From positions 2,144,001 through 2,208,000 of the forward strand of contig CBDATQ010000001.1 in assembly GCA_965199955.1 (NCBI GenBank): a stretch of DNA of 64,000 nucleotides. The letters are read 5' to 3'. A program made the position numbers and the translations under genes. The DNA comes from Spirochaetia bacterium. GTDB taxonomy: Bacteria > Spirochaetota > Spirochaetia > SZUA-6 > Bin103. Every line of letters begins with the position of its first letter. Within the stretch, counting starts at the first letter, position 1. Under the pieces are notes generated by a model that saw only the letters and a list, made by a program, of their open reading frames with translations, had not been told where the DNA came from and searched no databases. This document shows positions 62,656-64,000 of the stretch, piece by piece.

Positions 62656-63459
62656 CTACGCGGGGTCGAATCCCAGGTCCGCCCACCGAGCTGCCGCGTC
62701 CCGCAGGGAAGGGTCGGCGCTGGCCGCGACCGCCGGCGGCATCCGGAACTCGCCGCCAGAGCAGGCGTCGCGCTCGCGCAGAAAGTAGAGCTGCGCGTCG
62801 GTGCGCGGCTCGGCCACGTACGTGATCTCGATCAGCCGGCGCGGCTCGGTGACGCCGAACGCCGCGTGCAGGACGTCCGGCGTGTAGACCACCACGTCGC
62901 CGGGCTCGGTGGGGGCCATGAAGGCGGGGACCTGCTCGTCGGTCACGCCCAGGGCGTTGTGGTCCCAGCGCATCTTCGGATTCCGCAGCCCGTACAGGTA
63001 GTCGGGCGCCTTCTGCCAGCGCGGCTCCAGCAGCCGCAGGTAGTTGCGGTGCGAGCACGGCACGAAGCGCAGGCACCCGTCTTCGGCCCCGGCACGATCG
63101 AGGGCCACGGCGACGGTGATGTGCTGCAGCGGCCAGGGGATCAGCTCGCCGCCTCCCTGCCACGGCAGGTCCTCGCCAAGCCTGACGCAGCGCACGTGCA
63201 TGGGCAGCCAGCCGTGGCCCAGCACCTTGGCGGGAATGTCGGCCATGCGCTCGTCGGTCAGCAGCCGAAGGCCCAAGTCGTCCTGCGCGCCCCACGGCGG
63301 GACGGACACCGTCTTTCTGCCGTCGCCGTCCGGAGCCGTCGCCTGCATGGCCGCATCGAACCAGGCCGACAGGCGCTCCACCTCGTCCGAGGCGAAGAAG
63401 CCGGAGAGGTGCAGGTAGCCGAACGTGTTGAACAGCGAGGCCGAGCCGTAGTCGAGCAT
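62656..63459 (-). CDS. PhyH-like protein lacking the HxD motif
   Basis: FNTFGYLHL, GCLRFVPCSH and VLHAAFG retained; PWQGG at the position of the paralog's PWHSD. Confidence 0.8.
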   Translation of the reverse strand: MLDYGSASLFNTFGYLHLSGFFASDEVERLSAWFDAAMQATAPDGDGRKTVSVPPWGAQDDLGLRLLTDERMADIPAKVLGHGWLPMHVRCVRLGEDLPWQGGGELIPWPLQHITVAVALDRAGAEDGCLRFVPCSHRNYLRLLEPRWQKAPDYLYGLRNPKMRWDHNALGVTDEQVPAFMAPTEPGDVVVYTPDVLHAAFGVTEPRRLIEITYVAEPRTDAQLYFLRERDACSGGEFRMPPAVAASADPSLRDAAARWADLGFDPA

Positions 63460-63505
63460 CAGCGCACCATGCAGTCAGTACAAGGCAGGCGTGGCCCTCG
63501 GCAGG

Positions 63506-64000
63506 TCAGTCCGGCGTATAGCCCGAGGGCTCCAGGACCACGATGGTCGGATGGCCTTCCTTGAGGGCGGGCAGCGGCAACTCGACGGTGTGATGCCGCG
63601 GCCGCACCAGCGGATCGTCCGCGCGGTCCGCCAGGAACTCCTCGACCGTGGTCATGCCGAACCCGAGCGGCGGCAGCTCGTAGTGCATGGGCAGGATCCA
63701 GCGCGGCGCCAGCACACGGAACATGCGGTCGAGCTCCGCGAACTTCGGCGTCAGCCGCTGGCCGGCCAACGCGAACAGCACGTCGCATTTGCCCGCGAAC
63801 GGCGCCAGCTCGTCGGCGGTGAGCTCGTAGCCCACGTCGCCCATGTGCATCAGCCAGAGACCGCCGACCTTGAAGGAGTACAGCGCGTTGTCCTCCGGCC
63901 CGCGCGGGTGGTCGCGCGCCTCGGTCGCCTCCACGGTGGCGACCTGCTCGCCGCCGACGGACGCCTCCTGGCCGCGTGCCACGTCCAGCGCGTTGATCAC
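63506..64000 (-). CDS. MBL-fold metallo-hydrolase, 5'-partial (runs off the window)
   Basis: NALY…HMGDVG, PRWILPMHY. Confidence 0.8.
   Translation of the reverse strand: MINALDVARGQEASVGGEQVATVEATEARDHPRGPEDNALYSFKVGGLWLMHMGDVGYELTADELAPFAGKCDVLFALAGQRLTPKFAELDRMFRVLAPRWILPMHYELPPLGFGMTTVEEFLADRADDPLVRPRHHTVELPLPALKEGHPTIVVLEPSGYTPD

Overview
GC-rich bacterial window of about 60 genes, mostly carbohydrate and small-molecule foraging: four ABC import/export loci, GH3, GH29, a GHL10-type hydrolase, four BNR/sialidase-fold proteins, six PhyH-family dioxygenase genes or remnants, enolase-superfamily dehydratases, a KdgK-like kinase, a GMC oxidoreductase, an E1 alpha/beta fusion, plus nudC, mtnN and apt. 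The gene-family expansions and the solute-binding-protein leader 'FAEGQEE' suggest a host-associated Spirochaetaceae-like MAG; this is inference only. At least a dozen genes are broken by frameshifts, stops and large internal deletions. I recognised no rRNA, tRNA, CRISPR array, integrase or transposase. The strongest candidate for an undescribed system is a stand-alone 1416-aa protein (53481-57731): an N-terminal RelE/ParE-like domain, a complete SF1 (UvrD-like) helicase and a long TPR-like tail, whose motifs resemble animal TRANK1 as I recall it. Other notable items: a ~27-bp GAA-hairpin element in three copies, one in-frame inside nudC; a ~2.3-kb ATPase/AbiEii-type islet bounded by 16-bp att-like direct repeats; a decayed low-GC ABC-ATPase + PIN pair between mtnN and apt; repeated leaderless-type -10 boxes; and a tandem PhyH trio (triad-less, core-deleted, intact). 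All product calls come from motif recognition by eye, not database searches.
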